IMG/VR virus record: IMGVR_UViG_3300046530_000052
Span: 106,006-126,005 of that record
DNA from: an uncultured virus (IMG/VR IMGVR_UViG_3300046530_000052)
Lineage: Duplodnaviria > Heunggongvirae > Uroviricota > Caudoviricetes
Strand: one strand, 5' to 3'
Length of the DNA stretch: 20,000 nt
Shown: positions 1 through 9,096 of the stretch, one piece after another
Layout: every line of letters starts with the position of its first letter
Numbering within the stretch: the stretch's first letter is position 1
The notes under the pieces: model-generated
Told to the model about the DNA's origin: nothing
What the model saw: only the letters and a program-made list of their open reading frames with translations
Database searches by the model: none
Made by a program: the position numbers and the translations under genes

Positions 1-124
1 GAGCTTTACTGTTGATTTGCTTGAGACCATTGAAGTAGCCGTCTTCAATCCCGTTAACCACTAGGTTAATACCCCGCATGGGGTTAGCGGCCAGCAGTTC
101 GAGTTCTTCTTGACTCAGATTCAT
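1..124 (-). CDS. 5' part of a virion structural (probable baseplate/tail) protein, running off the left edge; at the phiKZ gp87 position
   Basis: Not in the ORF track. Manual translation from ATG 124-122 gives MNLSQEELELLAANPMRGINLVVNGIEDGYFNGLKQINSKA, open to position 1. The start overlaps the TGA of the upstream gene (ATGA coupling). Product inferred from synteny only. Confidence 0.75.
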   Translation of the reverse strand, partial: MNLSQEELELLAANPMRGINLVVNGIEDGYFNGLKQINSKA

Positions 125-1194
125 AGAGCACCCCAGTATTCCATTTCCATGTTCTGTAAGTTAATCCAAGGGTACATGCCGTATTGGCCAGCCATGTATT
201 CCCGGAACGAATATTTCTTGTAGTACCGACCTCTAACCGACGGGTGCATGTTGGGGTTACGGTACAAGGTGTTGTCGTTAAAGGCTTTAGCAATCGAGAT
301 GTTGTTAAAGCGGAAACCCTGACAAGTATAAGTCACTTCGAACTCATCTTGCCCCTGGCCACGCAGAGTGTTCTGTGTCCGGTCAATGGTACTGTAAGCA
401 CCAGACGGGAACGTGGTAGGCCAGCCCCCGCCACAGCAGAAGATCCACTCGATGTTGCGCATGTTCTTGTTCATAATCAAGTGGTAAATACGTGTGGTGT
501 AATCTTTGTAGTTACCGGCCAACGGTTTCCAGTACGGTTCCATGCCTTCGTCACCGAGGGTCACTGCTTCAATGTAGTGAACCCAAGTGTTGAACAGAGC
601 AGGGATAATGCCCGGCTTGACGTTGTGGAAACTCTGGTGAATCTCGAAGTCGTAGTTGACTTTCAGGATTCCGTCGACATACGCATAAACCTCTCCCCTG
701 AACCCAGCAGTACTTTTACCAGTACCCAAACTCAAGTCAGGGAACCCCGAACTTACTTTCAAATAGTTCGTTAAAACTGGGATCCAAGGGCACAGCGGAT
801 CGTAGACTTGGTTAAGTCCACTGTTAGCAGCACCCCACTTAGGGTCGAGTATTCCTTTGATATAAGCAGCAGGACTATTCGGTCTAGGACTGACCAAGTT
901 GGCCAGTTGACTGTGTAGCTGAACATTCGAGTCCGACAGGTTTAAAGACGGTCGAGTGCAGAACATTAATCCTATGGTGTCGTCGGGGATAGCAGCCATT
1001 GCATGGCCAGGTCCTAAGACTCTAATGCCCCGCAAACTGTTTATTAGAGCGGAGTCGAACCCAGGTCCACCGTTTTCGGAATAGACTGTATTGAGCCACT
1101 CGCGGTAGTTACTGTTGTTCAGTTGCTCCCCAGGAGAATTTACCCCGGGTGTCTTGTTGAAGAAATCCTGGGAGTCATTCGTTTCATCAGCCAT
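121..1194 (-). CDS. Virion structural protein with a probable tail-tube-like fold (tube initiator/baseplate); phiKZ gp88-like
   Basis: 357 aa from ATG 1194 (the track starts at TTG 1206). The C-terminal half (FNTWVHY...DYTTRIYHL...GGWPTTF...DEFEVTY) resembles the T4 gp19 tube pattern (GLWPTNV...FEVTL). Divergent from the head-protein cluster, as recalled for phiKZ-like phages. Confidence 0.7.
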   Translation of the reverse strand: MADETNDSQDFFNKTPGVNSPGEQLNNSNYREWLNTVYSENGGPGFDSALINSLRGIRVLGPGHAMAAIPDDTIGLMFCTRPSLNLSDSNVQLHSQLANLVSPRPNSPAAYIKGILDPKWGAANSGLNQVYDPLCPWIPVLTNYLKVSSGFPDLSLGTGKSTAGFRGEVYAYVDGILKVNYDFEIHQSFHNVKPGIIPALFNTWVHYIEAVTLGDEGMEPYWKPLAGNYKDYTTRIYHLIMNKNMRNIEWIFCCGGGWPTTFPSGAYSTIDRTQNTLRGQGQDEFEVTYTCQGFRFNNISIAKAFNDNTLYRNPNMHPSVRGRYYKKYSFREYMAGQYGMYPWINLQNMEMEYWGAL

Positions 1195-1225
1195 TTCAAT
1201 ACCCAATGATTAAAGGTGAAAATAC

Positions 1226-2344
1226 ATGAACACGCAAAACCACATGGTTGGAGATATCCTGAACGTCGGTTCTTTCTTTCTGGATATCATGAAAAAGCTG
1301 TATCCGGATAATAAGGACATCGCTGGAGCCACCAACGTTGCTGACGTGATGCGACAGACATACGATGTGGTCTCGACTACCTCGATTGGCCAGAACGCCC
1401 GGCGTACTCTGCTCTCCCCAATGGTCGTGATCCAAGGCGACCTGCTGCATCAGGATTACATGCCGGATCTGATCACAGTGATCAACATCCGTGACATCGT
1501 TGCTACCCTGTCGCACTTCGCTATCCGTAACGCTGAACAGATCGGTGTGAACATCTCCACCTACCTGGGCCGTGTTAACCCAAACCGTGCGGGTCTCCAG
1601 TCGCTGATCGCCGGCATCGAGTCCTTTGCTGCGGGTAACATTGACCCGAACCGTCCAAAGCCGGGTGAAGGTTCTTTCACTGTTAACGGCAAGACCATCC
1701 AGGAACTGCAAGAATACGTTCCACTGTCGATCGGTCGTGTTGTGAACGCTACTGTCTTCGGTAAAGACGGTACGTCGGTTGACCTGCCACTAACCTTCCG
1801 CCAGATCATTGTTCCGGCTTCGACTGAGTCTCTGGAAAACACTTTCGGTGTTGCCAAGATCGAAGACGGGTTCAAGATGCGCTGGATCATGAAGAACAAC
1901 GGCGAGATCACCAACCCGGAATGGTTCGACGGTGAAGACATCATCCGTGAACGTTTCAAAGCGCTACGTAACGATGACACCAAGTACTACACCGAGTCTC
2001 AGGCTCGTGACGTACGTAACAAAGTTGAAGCCGTGCGTACTGGCGTTATCAGTCTGAACACCATGGCAAACACTTTCATCATCACTGAAGATGAAAAGCA
2101 ACAAATCGAGATGCAGATTGGCAAGAACTTCTCTAACCCGAAGTCGCGTCAAGACATCTTCAAGGTTGTTAAAGCCAACACCATCGTCGTAGTTGATGAA
2201 GGCCGCGGCTCGTTCACCTTTTACACCAACGGTCAGATGATGCCTGAAATCTACACGCGTCGTGACTTGGCAATCAAATCCAAGAAAGAGCCGGCTGTTA
2301 GCAGCCTGGAAGGTCTGGTCAAACTGCTCAACGGGGGCATCTGA
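1226..2344 (+). CDS. Inner-head (inner body/ejection) protein, phiKZ gp89-like
   Basis: 372 aa, SD-like AAAGGTG upstream, strong codon bias, AGIE candidate maturation site at 1610-1621, first gene of the plus-strand cluster. Orthology from synteny and size. Confidence 0.7.
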   Translation: MNTQNHMVGDILNVGSFFLDIMKKLYPDNKDIAGATNVADVMRQTYDVVSTTSIGQNARRTLLSPMVVIQGDLLHQDYMPDLITVINIRDIVATLSHFAIRNAEQIGVNISTYLGRVNPNRAGLQSLIAGIESFAAGNIDPNRPKPGEGSFTVNGKTIQELQEYVPLSIGRVVNATVFGKDGTSVDLPLTFRQIIVPASTESLENTFGVAKIEDGFKMRWIMKNNGEITNPEWFDGEDIIRERFKALRNDDTKYYTESQARDVRNKVEAVRTGVISLNTMANTFIITEDEKQQIEMQIGKNFSNPKSRQDIFKVVKANTIVVVDEGRGSFTFYTNGQMMPEIYTRRDLAIKSKKEPAVSSLEGLVKLLNGGI

Positions 2345-3234
2345 TGAAAATCACGGATTACGTCAGCAACGTACAAACGTTCAAGAAAAGCGAACTGAGC
2401 CAACTGGTTACGGTTCTTCAGGTTACCGCTTCTGATCTCCTGGGTAACCTGGAGCGGATGCGCGCTAACAAGATCAACCTCGATACTCAGATCGGTCAAT
2501 GGGCGATCACCAAGAGCATCGTGACCGGTCTGAACAACAACGGCTACCGCGGTATCAGTTTCGACAAGGCTGTTGAAGCGGCTCTGAATACTGTTGTCGA
2601 TCTGTCTGCTGCGCTGGACAAGTTGATCAGCAAAGACAAGGACAACGTCTGGGACGGTAAGTTGATCAACCTGCGTCAGGCCAACATCCTGATGTCGATC
2701 GAGCAAATCGATCAGTGGCTGAAATACACCACCTTGGTCTACAACGTTCTGATCAGCCTGAACAACAAGGCCAACCAGCACGTCGACAGCACTGCCAGTA
2801 AGCTCGACCTGCGTTTCCTGACCCAGACTCTCGAGTACTACAAAGGAACCCTCCTGTGGCTCCTGAAGGGCTCCAAGGCTATCACCGCCGATCTGAACAA
2901 CATCGCTGAAGTAGAAATCAGTGAAGCGTCGATGGGCGTAATGGAAGGCAGCGGTATGAAAACCCTGCTGGCCAGTCAATCGCTGGGTATCCACAACTTC
3001 AACCCGAAATACTGGTGGAAGTTGAATCGCATGAAGAACCACGTTGAGGAGATCGAACAGATCCGCCTGAACAACGAGCACTTCGCGATGAAGATCAGCC
3101 AAGCGGTCAACCTGAAGAACGGCACCAACGATGCTGCTCTGGAAGATCGGATCGAAGACTACCAGGACCGTATCCTGAAAGGGACTGCGCGCATCGCTGA
3201 GATCGACAACATGTACCGGAGCGCCAATGGCTAA
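2344..3234 (+). CDS. Inner-head protein, phiKZ gp90-like
   Basis: 296 aa, TGATG overlap with the previous gene, helical with a coiled-coil-like C-terminus (EDRIEDYQDRILKGTARIAEI). Orthology from synteny. Confidence 0.65.
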   Translation: MKITDYVSNVQTFKKSELSQLVTVLQVTASDLLGNLERMRANKINLDTQIGQWAITKSIVTGLNNNGYRGISFDKAVEAALNTVVDLSAALDKLISKDKDNVWDGKLINLRQANILMSIEQIDQWLKYTTLVYNVLISLNNKANQHVDSTASKLDLRFLTQTLEYYKGTLLWLLKGSKAITADLNNIAEVEISEASMGVMEGSGMKTLLASQSLGIHNFNPKYWWKLNRMKNHVEEIEQIRLNNEHFAMKISQAVNLKNGTNDAALEDRIEDYQDRILKGTARIAEIDNMYRSANG

Positions 3235-3742
3235 TTATCGTTCATTCGGCAATGGTTTCGTTAACGACGCACTCTCCGATACTGAACTGGATAACATCTT
3301 CAAGAACTTCGCTCTGATGCGTCAGGACGGTATCTTGGATTTCAATCTGGTCATCAACGGTGATCTGTCGATCGAAACCATGCGTGAAGCAAAGCGACTG
3401 ATGGGTGGTAGTTTCAGACAATTTATGGAAGCCAACTACAACGGCGGCTCGGGTCCTTTGGCAACGTTGGTTAAAGATGTTGTCCATTTCATCAACGGCA
3501 AGATGTCTCCTACGCCGTTGATTACCGTGATCAACTTCGAAGAGAACAAAGCCAAGGCGGTGGTTAAGACCCGTTTGGCTCAGTACAGTCCTTCGAAGCG
3601 TACGTCGGGTAACCTGGCCCTGCTGGAAGACGGCTATGTGGTTCACGACTCGGACTTCTTCCACCTGATGGCGGGTATTGGTCCGGCTCACGTTATTCGA
3701 TTCCTTCAACTTATCGGCGGTGGTAGCTACTATGGACAATGA
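3227..3742 (+). CDS. Small virion/head-associated protein of unknown function
   Basis: 171 aa, overlaps both neighbours, GGAG upstream of the ATG, same codon bias as the cluster. Confidence 0.7.
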   Translation: MANYRSFGNGFVNDALSDTELDNIFKNFALMRQDGILDFNLVINGDLSIETMREAKRLMGGSFRQFMEANYNGGSGPLATLVKDVVHFINGKMSPTPLITVINFEENKAKAVVKTRLAQYSPSKRTSGNLALLEDGYVVHDSDFFHLMAGIGPAHVIRFLQLIGGGSYYGQ

Positions 3743-5036
3743 TCAAGATACACTGTCGGCTCAGATGGCGGCAGTTAACACAGCAAAGTCCGTCGAGTTG
3801 TTCGGCGCGCTCCGTAACACCATTACACTGAACGAAGTCCAGACCACCCTCGACAATTCCGCAGATCGTGTTCTGGAAGCCCAAAAGCTCCTGGAAGCAG
3901 TAGAACCCTTCGAAGTCAGTCCTGCGCTGGTAGAACTGGTCGATGAGCGTCTTGCTCGTGCCGGTGTTGATATCCCTCTGGAAACCGGCTTTGCCGAAGT
4001 ACAGGGTGCTGAGGCACTGGGCCACACTCTGCTGCCAAAGAACTTCCTGTTCACTCGTCTGACTGGCTGCGAGAACTTCCTGACTCAGTTCTTCAAGGAC
4101 TCCCGGGAAGTGGCGATCCAGATCGGTGCTTCGTTCCGCGACACTTGGGTTATCTTCACTCAGTCCGAAGAAGACCTGAACAAGGCGCTGGATCTGCTGG
4201 AAACTCAGATCAACAGTCAGCCTGACTTCATCAGCACCAACTCCTTCATTCTGGAGTTCCGTCTGTTCAACCTGTTCAAGGTGAATGGCAAGGTGAATGG
4301 TGACTGGACGGGTAACCTGAGCAAGCTGAGTTCCACCATCTCGGCGTTGAGCTCTGGTTACTACCTGAACAACAAGCAAACCCTGAATGCTCTGATGAGT
4401 TACTTCGGTGGGTTCACTTCGTTGACTCAGGAAGGCGCAATGGAGCGTTTGCAGATCCTGCCGATCAGCATCCCGGACATCCCGTTCAAAGAGTGCAGCT
4501 ACCCGAACCGTGCTCACGAAAGCCTGCTGGTTACCAGTAAACAGTCGGTAGAGCTGATGGGCGGTGCGTACTTCTTCGACACTCGTCTGAAGAACCGTCC
4601 GAAGCGTTGCGAGACCATCGACTTGATCAGTGAGTTCATCGACCTCCACATCAAGAACGACCGTACTGGTTTCGAGAACAACGCCCCTCAGACCCACGAC
4701 CAGGTCGGTACTGAAATCAAAGCGTTGTCCAGCCGTGAAATCAAAGCGATCGTCAAGTCGCTGCGTGCTCTGTTGAAGGACTGGTCGTCTATGTTCGAGA
4801 AGAGCGAGAAGTTCAAGGTCGGTGATGCTGACTTCAACGACATCATCAAAGGCATCGTTGATGCTGAGATCGATGAGACCACTCGGATGTACATCGCCAA
4901 GTGGTTCGGTGCGTTGATCCGTCATAACCAGATGGAGCTGTTGACCATCCGTGTTGGTGTGGCTAACTATCTGACTCTGATCGTTAACGGTCTGATCCAG
5001 ATCTGCAACAATTCCATCAAGGTTAACGCCGAGTAA
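3732..5036 (+). CDS. Inner-head protein with acidic propeptide (phiKZ gp92/gp93-type)
   Basis: 434 aa from ATG 3732 (MDNDQD...), preferred over the non-ATG start at 3678. Acidic N-terminal ~110 aa ends in QGAE and TGCE, followed by an amphipathic helix (NFLTQFFKDSREVAIQIGASFRDTW). Confidence 0.7.
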   Translation: MDNDQDTLSAQMAAVNTAKSVELFGALRNTITLNEVQTTLDNSADRVLEAQKLLEAVEPFEVSPALVELVDERLARAGVDIPLETGFAEVQGAEALGHTLLPKNFLFTRLTGCENFLTQFFKDSREVAIQIGASFRDTWVIFTQSEEDLNKALDLLETQINSQPDFISTNSFILEFRLFNLFKVNGKVNGDWTGNLSKLSSTISALSSGYYLNNKQTLNALMSYFGGFTSLTQEGAMERLQILPISIPDIPFKECSYPNRAHESLLVTSKQSVELMGGAYFFDTRLKNRPKRCETIDLISEFIDLHIKNDRTGFENNAPQTHDQVGTEIKALSSREIKAIVKSLRALLKDWSSMFEKSEKFKVGDADFNDIIKGIVDAEIDETTRMYIAKWFGALIRHNQMELLTIRVGVANYLTLIVNGLIQICNNSIKVNAE

Positions 5037-5049
5037 AGGGGGAACAGTC

Positions 5050-6057
5050 ATGAGTTCAGGTAACAAGACTCAATTGGCTGTTTGCCTTGAACAGCATCTG
5101 GAACTGTCGCGGTCTAACGATGAGCTGGGCCGTATCGGTCGTAGTCTCATTGCGGTGGCCGGTACCGAAGACTTCCAGAACGTTAAGGACAATGCAGTCA
5201 GCGCGTTGAACGCTGTAGGACGTGGGCTGTTCGCTGCGGGTAAATGGGTAGGCGGTGGGACACTCGACATCGCCTTGAAAGGGTTCACTGTTGCGGGTAA
5301 CCAACTGAGTAAGTCTTTCTCGGAAAACGGTACACTCATTAAGAACGTGCTGAAGGACGTTGCTAAGACGTCGGATAAAGACCTCAAGGTTCCTGCGGCT
5401 AAAGCGTCCCTGATCACAGTCTCGGGTGATGCCAGCCATATCCTTCAAGACATGGAGGTGTTGGCCAAGGCGCTAGAGCTGTGGGTGGCGCACAACAAAG
5501 ACGTAATGAACTTTCTGGATAAGGAACTCATTACTCTGAAGAAGCTGAAGTCTGCCAACAAGGCTGAACAGATCCATGCGATCATCGATGAGTTCGAAGG
5601 GTTGAAGTACCCTGAGTTCAAGTTGGGGAACAACATGGGTAAAGCTGTTAAGTCGGACGTGCTTCCGGGTGGCCGTGTCTTTATCTTCTCTGATGAGGGC
5701 ACCCCGAAGTACTCTATGGGTGGCGATGCTCCTTCTGGTGAGGCCAAAACCTTGATGATGTCGAAGAGTGAAATCTCCGATGTCATGAACAAATTGGATA
5801 AGGTTAACGAACTCCATTTGAAGGTTAAGGAATCCTATGACGGTTACACGGCTTTCATCAAGTCGTGGGCTGATATGGTCAAGGGTGTCGATGGCAACCT
5901 GAGCCAGTTGGACAAGGTCAGCAAAACGATCCTTGGTGAATGCGAGAAACTCATGAGCGGCAATCAAGGCGCACTCGCATTTTATAGCGGATTCACTCCA
6001 CGTGTTGTCGGCTATGTCGACAAGTACATTCATGGTGTGCTTGGGGTCTTCGCTTAA
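5050..6057 (+). CDS. Inner-head protein, phiKZ internal-protein paralogue
   Basis: 335 aa, purine-rich SD (AAAGGGGGA), AGTE motif followed by an amphipathic segment, and an LPGGRVF motif recalled as typical of this paralogue family. Confidence 0.7.
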   Translation: MSSGNKTQLAVCLEQHLELSRSNDELGRIGRSLIAVAGTEDFQNVKDNAVSALNAVGRGLFAAGKWVGGGTLDIALKGFTVAGNQLSKSFSENGTLIKNVLKDVAKTSDKDLKVPAAKASLITVSGDASHILQDMEVLAKALELWVAHNKDVMNFLDKELITLKKLKSANKAEQIHAIIDEFEGLKYPEFKLGNNMGKAVKSDVLPGGRVFIFSDEGTPKYSMGGDAPSGEAKTLMMSKSEISDVMNKLDKVNELHLKVKESYDGYTAFIKSWADMVKGVDGNLSQLDKVSKTILGECEKLMSGNQGALAFYSGFTPRVVGYVDKYIHGVLGVFA

Positions 6058-6092
6058 TTGTTTATAAACAACCCTCTCTTTCGTTAACGAAA
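6058..6092. promoter_or_regulatory. Two adjacent perfect 14-bp palindromes upstream of the 6105 gene
   Basis: TTGTTTATAAACAA (6058-6071) and TTTCGTTAACGAAA (6079-6092); the second runs into the AAGGA SD. Function unknown. Confidence 0.5.
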
Positions 6093-6104
6093 AGGATACA
6101 CGAA

Positions 6105-7439
6105 ATGTCGAAATCCCATCTTGACTACCTGATGATGGTATCTGGTACTGAAAGCCTGAACGGTGGCGACACTGGCGGCGAGAACATCGATACCGGCGCT
6201 GGCAACCTGGGCGGCGGTAACACCGACACCAGCAACATCGAAGCCGTCATCGAAGAAGCACGCGCCGATACCGCCGAAGCTCAGGTTGTTGTTGAGCAAG
6301 CGGCACAAGCAGCTGAAGCTGCTGCTGAAGTCCTGGAACAACACGAAGAAGTTCTGCAAGAACTGACCGAAGAAGTGGCCGGCGTTGAATCGATGCGCAC
6401 TGGCGCTACCACCTTCAACGGCATCGCGTTCGCCGATCGCTACAACCGCTGCGTTAAGCTGAACGCCCAACTGGGTGGCCGCAACTTCAACCTGTGCGGC
6501 GCTGAATCCCTGAACGACCTGGCCACTGCCAAGCTGTTCGCTGTTGCTGGTGTCGAAGGCTTCATGGACACCATCAAGGCCGGCGCAAGCAAGGCGATCG
6601 AGTTCATCAAGGGCATCTTCAACTCCATGATCAACTTCTTCGTTGGTCTGAAGTCCACCGCCGACGGCCTGGAGCGTCAAGCCAAAACCCTCGCGACCAC
6701 CATCGCCGAGAAAGCGCCGAAGTCGACCATTAAACTGGGCGCCTGGAACATCGGTTGCGACTACGCCAACGCTGGCCTGAAAGGCATCGACGGCATCCTG
6801 CACGCCGGTGTGTTCGACCTGATCTCCAGCTCCCTGCCAGCCTTCATGGACCTGAGCAAGAAACTGGACGGCATCGACGTAGGTCAGTTCCGCACTGCCT
6901 ACAAGAAAGTGACCGACGACATCAAGGAACTGGCCAAGGCTGCTGGTAAGCCAAACGTCAGCCAGACTGCCGACAAGACTTCGGTCCTGATGGTTCACGC
7001 TGGCTTCCGCGTCTTCGCTGCTTTCAGCGAGAAGTTCGAAACCGAAGCTGAAGCTGTTTCCGCTGCTCGTTCGATCAAACTGACCTTCGGCAAAACCGAC
7101 GACGCCGGCAAGTTCACCAAGGGCGAAACCGAGCTCAAGGCAAGCAAGGGTCAGCTGCAAAGCACTCTGAAAGGCGTGCACGATTACGTGGCCGAGCTGC
7201 GCGACAGCAAAGTTGCTGCCAAGTTCTCGAAAGCTGAACGTGACCGCGTCATCGGCACCCTGAACGTCCAGATCAAAGGCGACCACAGCGAAAGCGACGG
7301 CAAGCGTGATCAGGCGAAGAAAGCAATCGAGCTGTGCAAAGCGATCTACGTGTCGGCCTCTGGTCTGACTTCGTCCGTCGACCGCCTGTACATCTACCTG
7401 GCCAACCAGATCCTGGGCGCTGTTAAAGCTCACTTCTGA
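6105..7439 (+). CDS. Abundant inner-head/ejection protein (phiKZ gp93 / SPN3US gp53-like family)
   Basis: 444 aa with a Glu/Ala-rich propeptide carrying SGTE, AGVE, CGAE and AGVE, then EGFMDTIKAGASKAIEFIKGIFNSMINFF, which matches the recalled phiKZ internal-protein signature. Strongest C-ending codon bias in the window. Confidence 0.8.
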   Translation: MSKSHLDYLMMVSGTESLNGGDTGGENIDTGAGNLGGGNTDTSNIEAVIEEARADTAEAQVVVEQAAQAAEAAAEVLEQHEEVLQELTEEVAGVESMRTGATTFNGIAFADRYNRCVKLNAQLGGRNFNLCGAESLNDLATAKLFAVAGVEGFMDTIKAGASKAIEFIKGIFNSMINFFVGLKSTADGLERQAKTLATTIAEKAPKSTIKLGAWNIGCDYANAGLKGIDGILHAGVFDLISSSLPAFMDLSKKLDGIDVGQFRTAYKKVTDDIKELAKAAGKPNVSQTADKTSVLMVHAGFRVFAAFSEKFETEAEAVSAARSIKLTFGKTDDAGKFTKGETELKASKGQLQSTLKGVHDYVAELRDSKVAAKFSKAERDRVIGTLNVQIKGDHSESDGKRDQAKKAIELCKAIYVSASGLTSSVDRLYIYLANQILGAVKAHF

Positions 7440-7459
7440 TTGCCATCGGTGCGTTGAAC

Positions 7460-7507
7460 CTAACCCGCCTGCCCTAACCGGCAGGCGGGTTAGTCTTCTT
7501 TCTATTT
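7460..7507 (+). terminator. Intrinsic terminator-like hairpin
   Basis: 14-bp stem CTAACCCGCCTGCC / GGCAGGCGGGTTAG (7460-7493), 6-nt loop, then T-rich TCTTCTTTCTATTT; 20 nt after the stop codon. Confidence 0.8.
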
Positions 7508-7519
7508 GCATTTTGATGC

Positions 7520-7523
7520 TATG
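7520..7523 (+). promoter_or_regulatory. Candidate TATG late-promoter (nvRNAP) start motif
   Basis: TATG in an AT-rich intergenic region after a terminator, about 33 nt before ATG 7556. phiKZ late promoters have the consensus TATG, but a 4-mer is weak evidence. Confidence 0.3.
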
Positions 7524-7555
7524 TGCTAATTATCCACTCGATAGGTAACTCACAC

Positions 7556-8587
7556 ATGAACGGACAAAGTGTGGCTCCTTTACGGTATATCGTTACCCCG
7601 ACTCTGAAAGATATTTCTGATCAGGACCGGGAAGAATTCGAAGCCGCTGAAGCACAGCCGGTAATGGCAGAACTCTCTGCCGAGAACGATCAGGTAAGCG
7701 GTACTGAAAAGTACTACAACTACATCCTCCACTCGCAAGCTCTGGTTTCCGCTGAGCTGGGTAGTGTCACCGGTGCTGAGGGTCTGCTGGGTTCTCTGAA
7801 GCGCGGTGCTGGTCGGATCATCCAGATTGTTAAGGACTTCTTTAAATGGATCTGGAGTTTCTTCTCCGCCAAAGAAAAGAAGATCGACCACAAGTTGCAG
7901 TACGTTGATTCCCGTCTTCGTGATAAGGGGGTCAAGGCAGGTGAGGTTTATTACCCACAAGCCACTTACTACATTTACCCGAAAACAGGTCCCGGTAAAC
8001 CAGCAGGTGACCTAGGTTGGGTGAGTGAGACCAACAAGCGTATTGCCAAAGGCATCACCAATGCCAACAGCTACGCTACTTTGTTGACCGAACATTTGAA
8101 CTTGCTGGAGAAGATGGCTAAAGACCGTAAGCCAGTCAGCGAGATGGTTGCTGCTACCACTGCCTATTCGGGCAAGGTGCGTGCACTGTTCGGTACACCC
8201 ACCAACAAAGATAAGGCGACGTTCATCACTCAGGATGACTTCCGCTTTGGTGCTACCAAGATTGCTTACCACCCAACCAGTAATCGTCGGACTGATTTCC
8301 ATATCAGTACCTTTACGACGACAGTTACGACTGTGGAAGAAATCCGTAAGGATACCGCTGCTAACTTGGCGCTAGTGAAGAAGATGACAGTTGACCTGCA
8401 TAAGCTCGAGAAGGAAATGGTTGATACCTTGACCTTCCTTAAGAACAGCAAGGATCTCGGTAATGGGGTCCACAAGGTCTTCGCGTCTATCATTAATAAC
8501 AGCCTCGATGATATTCGTACTTTCGAGAACGTACTGTATCGAGCGCTTAACACGATCGGCGACCTGTGCAAGGCGGCCGTTAACTAA
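7556..8587 (+). CDS. Inner-head protein, phiKZ internal-protein paralogue
   Basis: 343 aa from ATG 7556 (AGGT upstream; the track uses GTG 7523). Acidic leader with SGTE and TGAE, then GLLGSLKRGAGRIIQIVKDFFKWIWSFF; basic mature part. Confidence 0.75.
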   Translation: MNGQSVAPLRYIVTPTLKDISDQDREEFEAAEAQPVMAELSAENDQVSGTEKYYNYILHSQALVSAELGSVTGAEGLLGSLKRGAGRIIQIVKDFFKWIWSFFSAKEKKIDHKLQYVDSRLRDKGVKAGEVYYPQATYYIYPKTGPGKPAGDLGWVSETNKRIAKGITNANSYATLLTEHLNLLEKMAKDRKPVSEMVAATTAYSGKVRALFGTPTNKDKATFITQDDFRFGATKIAYHPTSNRRTDFHISTFTTTVTTVEEIRKDTAANLALVKKMTVDLHKLEKEMVDTLTFLKNSKDLGNGVHKVFASIINNSLDDIRTFENVLYRALNTIGDLCKAAVN

Positions 8588-8598
8588 GGAGAAGGTCT

Positions 8599-9096
8599 AT
8601 GCGGCTTAATCTGGTAAACCTTCCCTCGCTTATAGGGGCAGGGCTTTCTACTATCGCATGTGAGAGCTTTAACCCCAAGTTTGGTAACAAGGTAGCTATT
8701 AACGAAGATCTCTTCAAATACGTGCTTCCAGGCCCTCCTAAAGAGGTGTTTGTGTTTGAACGGGTTTCTTTGAACGAACTGTTCGAGGGTAATCCTCAGT
8801 CCATCGTTGGGATTGTTCGTCGTGACTGGTCGGAGCCTACCCCTTTTGAGATCATTAATTTCCTGGGTACTCCGCTTACCACTCAGGAAGGTCCGGTAGA
8901 AGCACTGGATCCAGAAGACGAAAGCGCTGACCTCGTAACCAAGCAGTTCAACCTGTGGGTTCAGTACATCGGTCTGGGTGGGTTGTACCGCGCTGACGTT
9001 GACCTGACCACCACTGAAGGCTGGTTGCACGTGGACGCTCGCCGCTCCGCTGTCTTCAAAGGTAGCGTCTCTATTAAAGTCCAGGAGGTAGAATGA
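8599..9096 (+). CDS. Small virion structural protein (beta-rich jumbo-phage paralogue domain)
   Basis: 165 aa, clear AAGGAG SD. Motifs FERVSLNELF and LHVDARRSAVFKGSVSIKV resemble a repeated structural domain of phiKZ-like tail/capsid accessory proteins. Confidence 0.6.
   Translation: MRLNLVNLPSLIGAGLSTIACESFNPKFGNKVAINEDLFKYVLPGPPKEVFVFERVSLNELFEGNPQSIVGIVRRDWSEPTPFEIINFLGTPLTTQEGPVEALDPEDESADLVTKQFNLWVQYIGLGGLYRADVDLTTTEGWLHVDARRSAVFKGSVSIKVQEVE

Noticed and set aside
54..84. Small hairpins TTAACC-ACTA-GGTTAA and ACCCC-GCAT-GGGGT as a terminator
   Set aside because: They lie inside the translationally coupled minus-strand CDS starting at 124, and the stems are short.
6084..7511. Long antisense ORFs (6084-7511, 3711-5066, 2251-3102, 11357-12085 and others)
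   Set aside because: They mirror the real genes in frame and are explained by strong codon bias, which depletes stop codons on the opposite strand; their translations are not protein-like.
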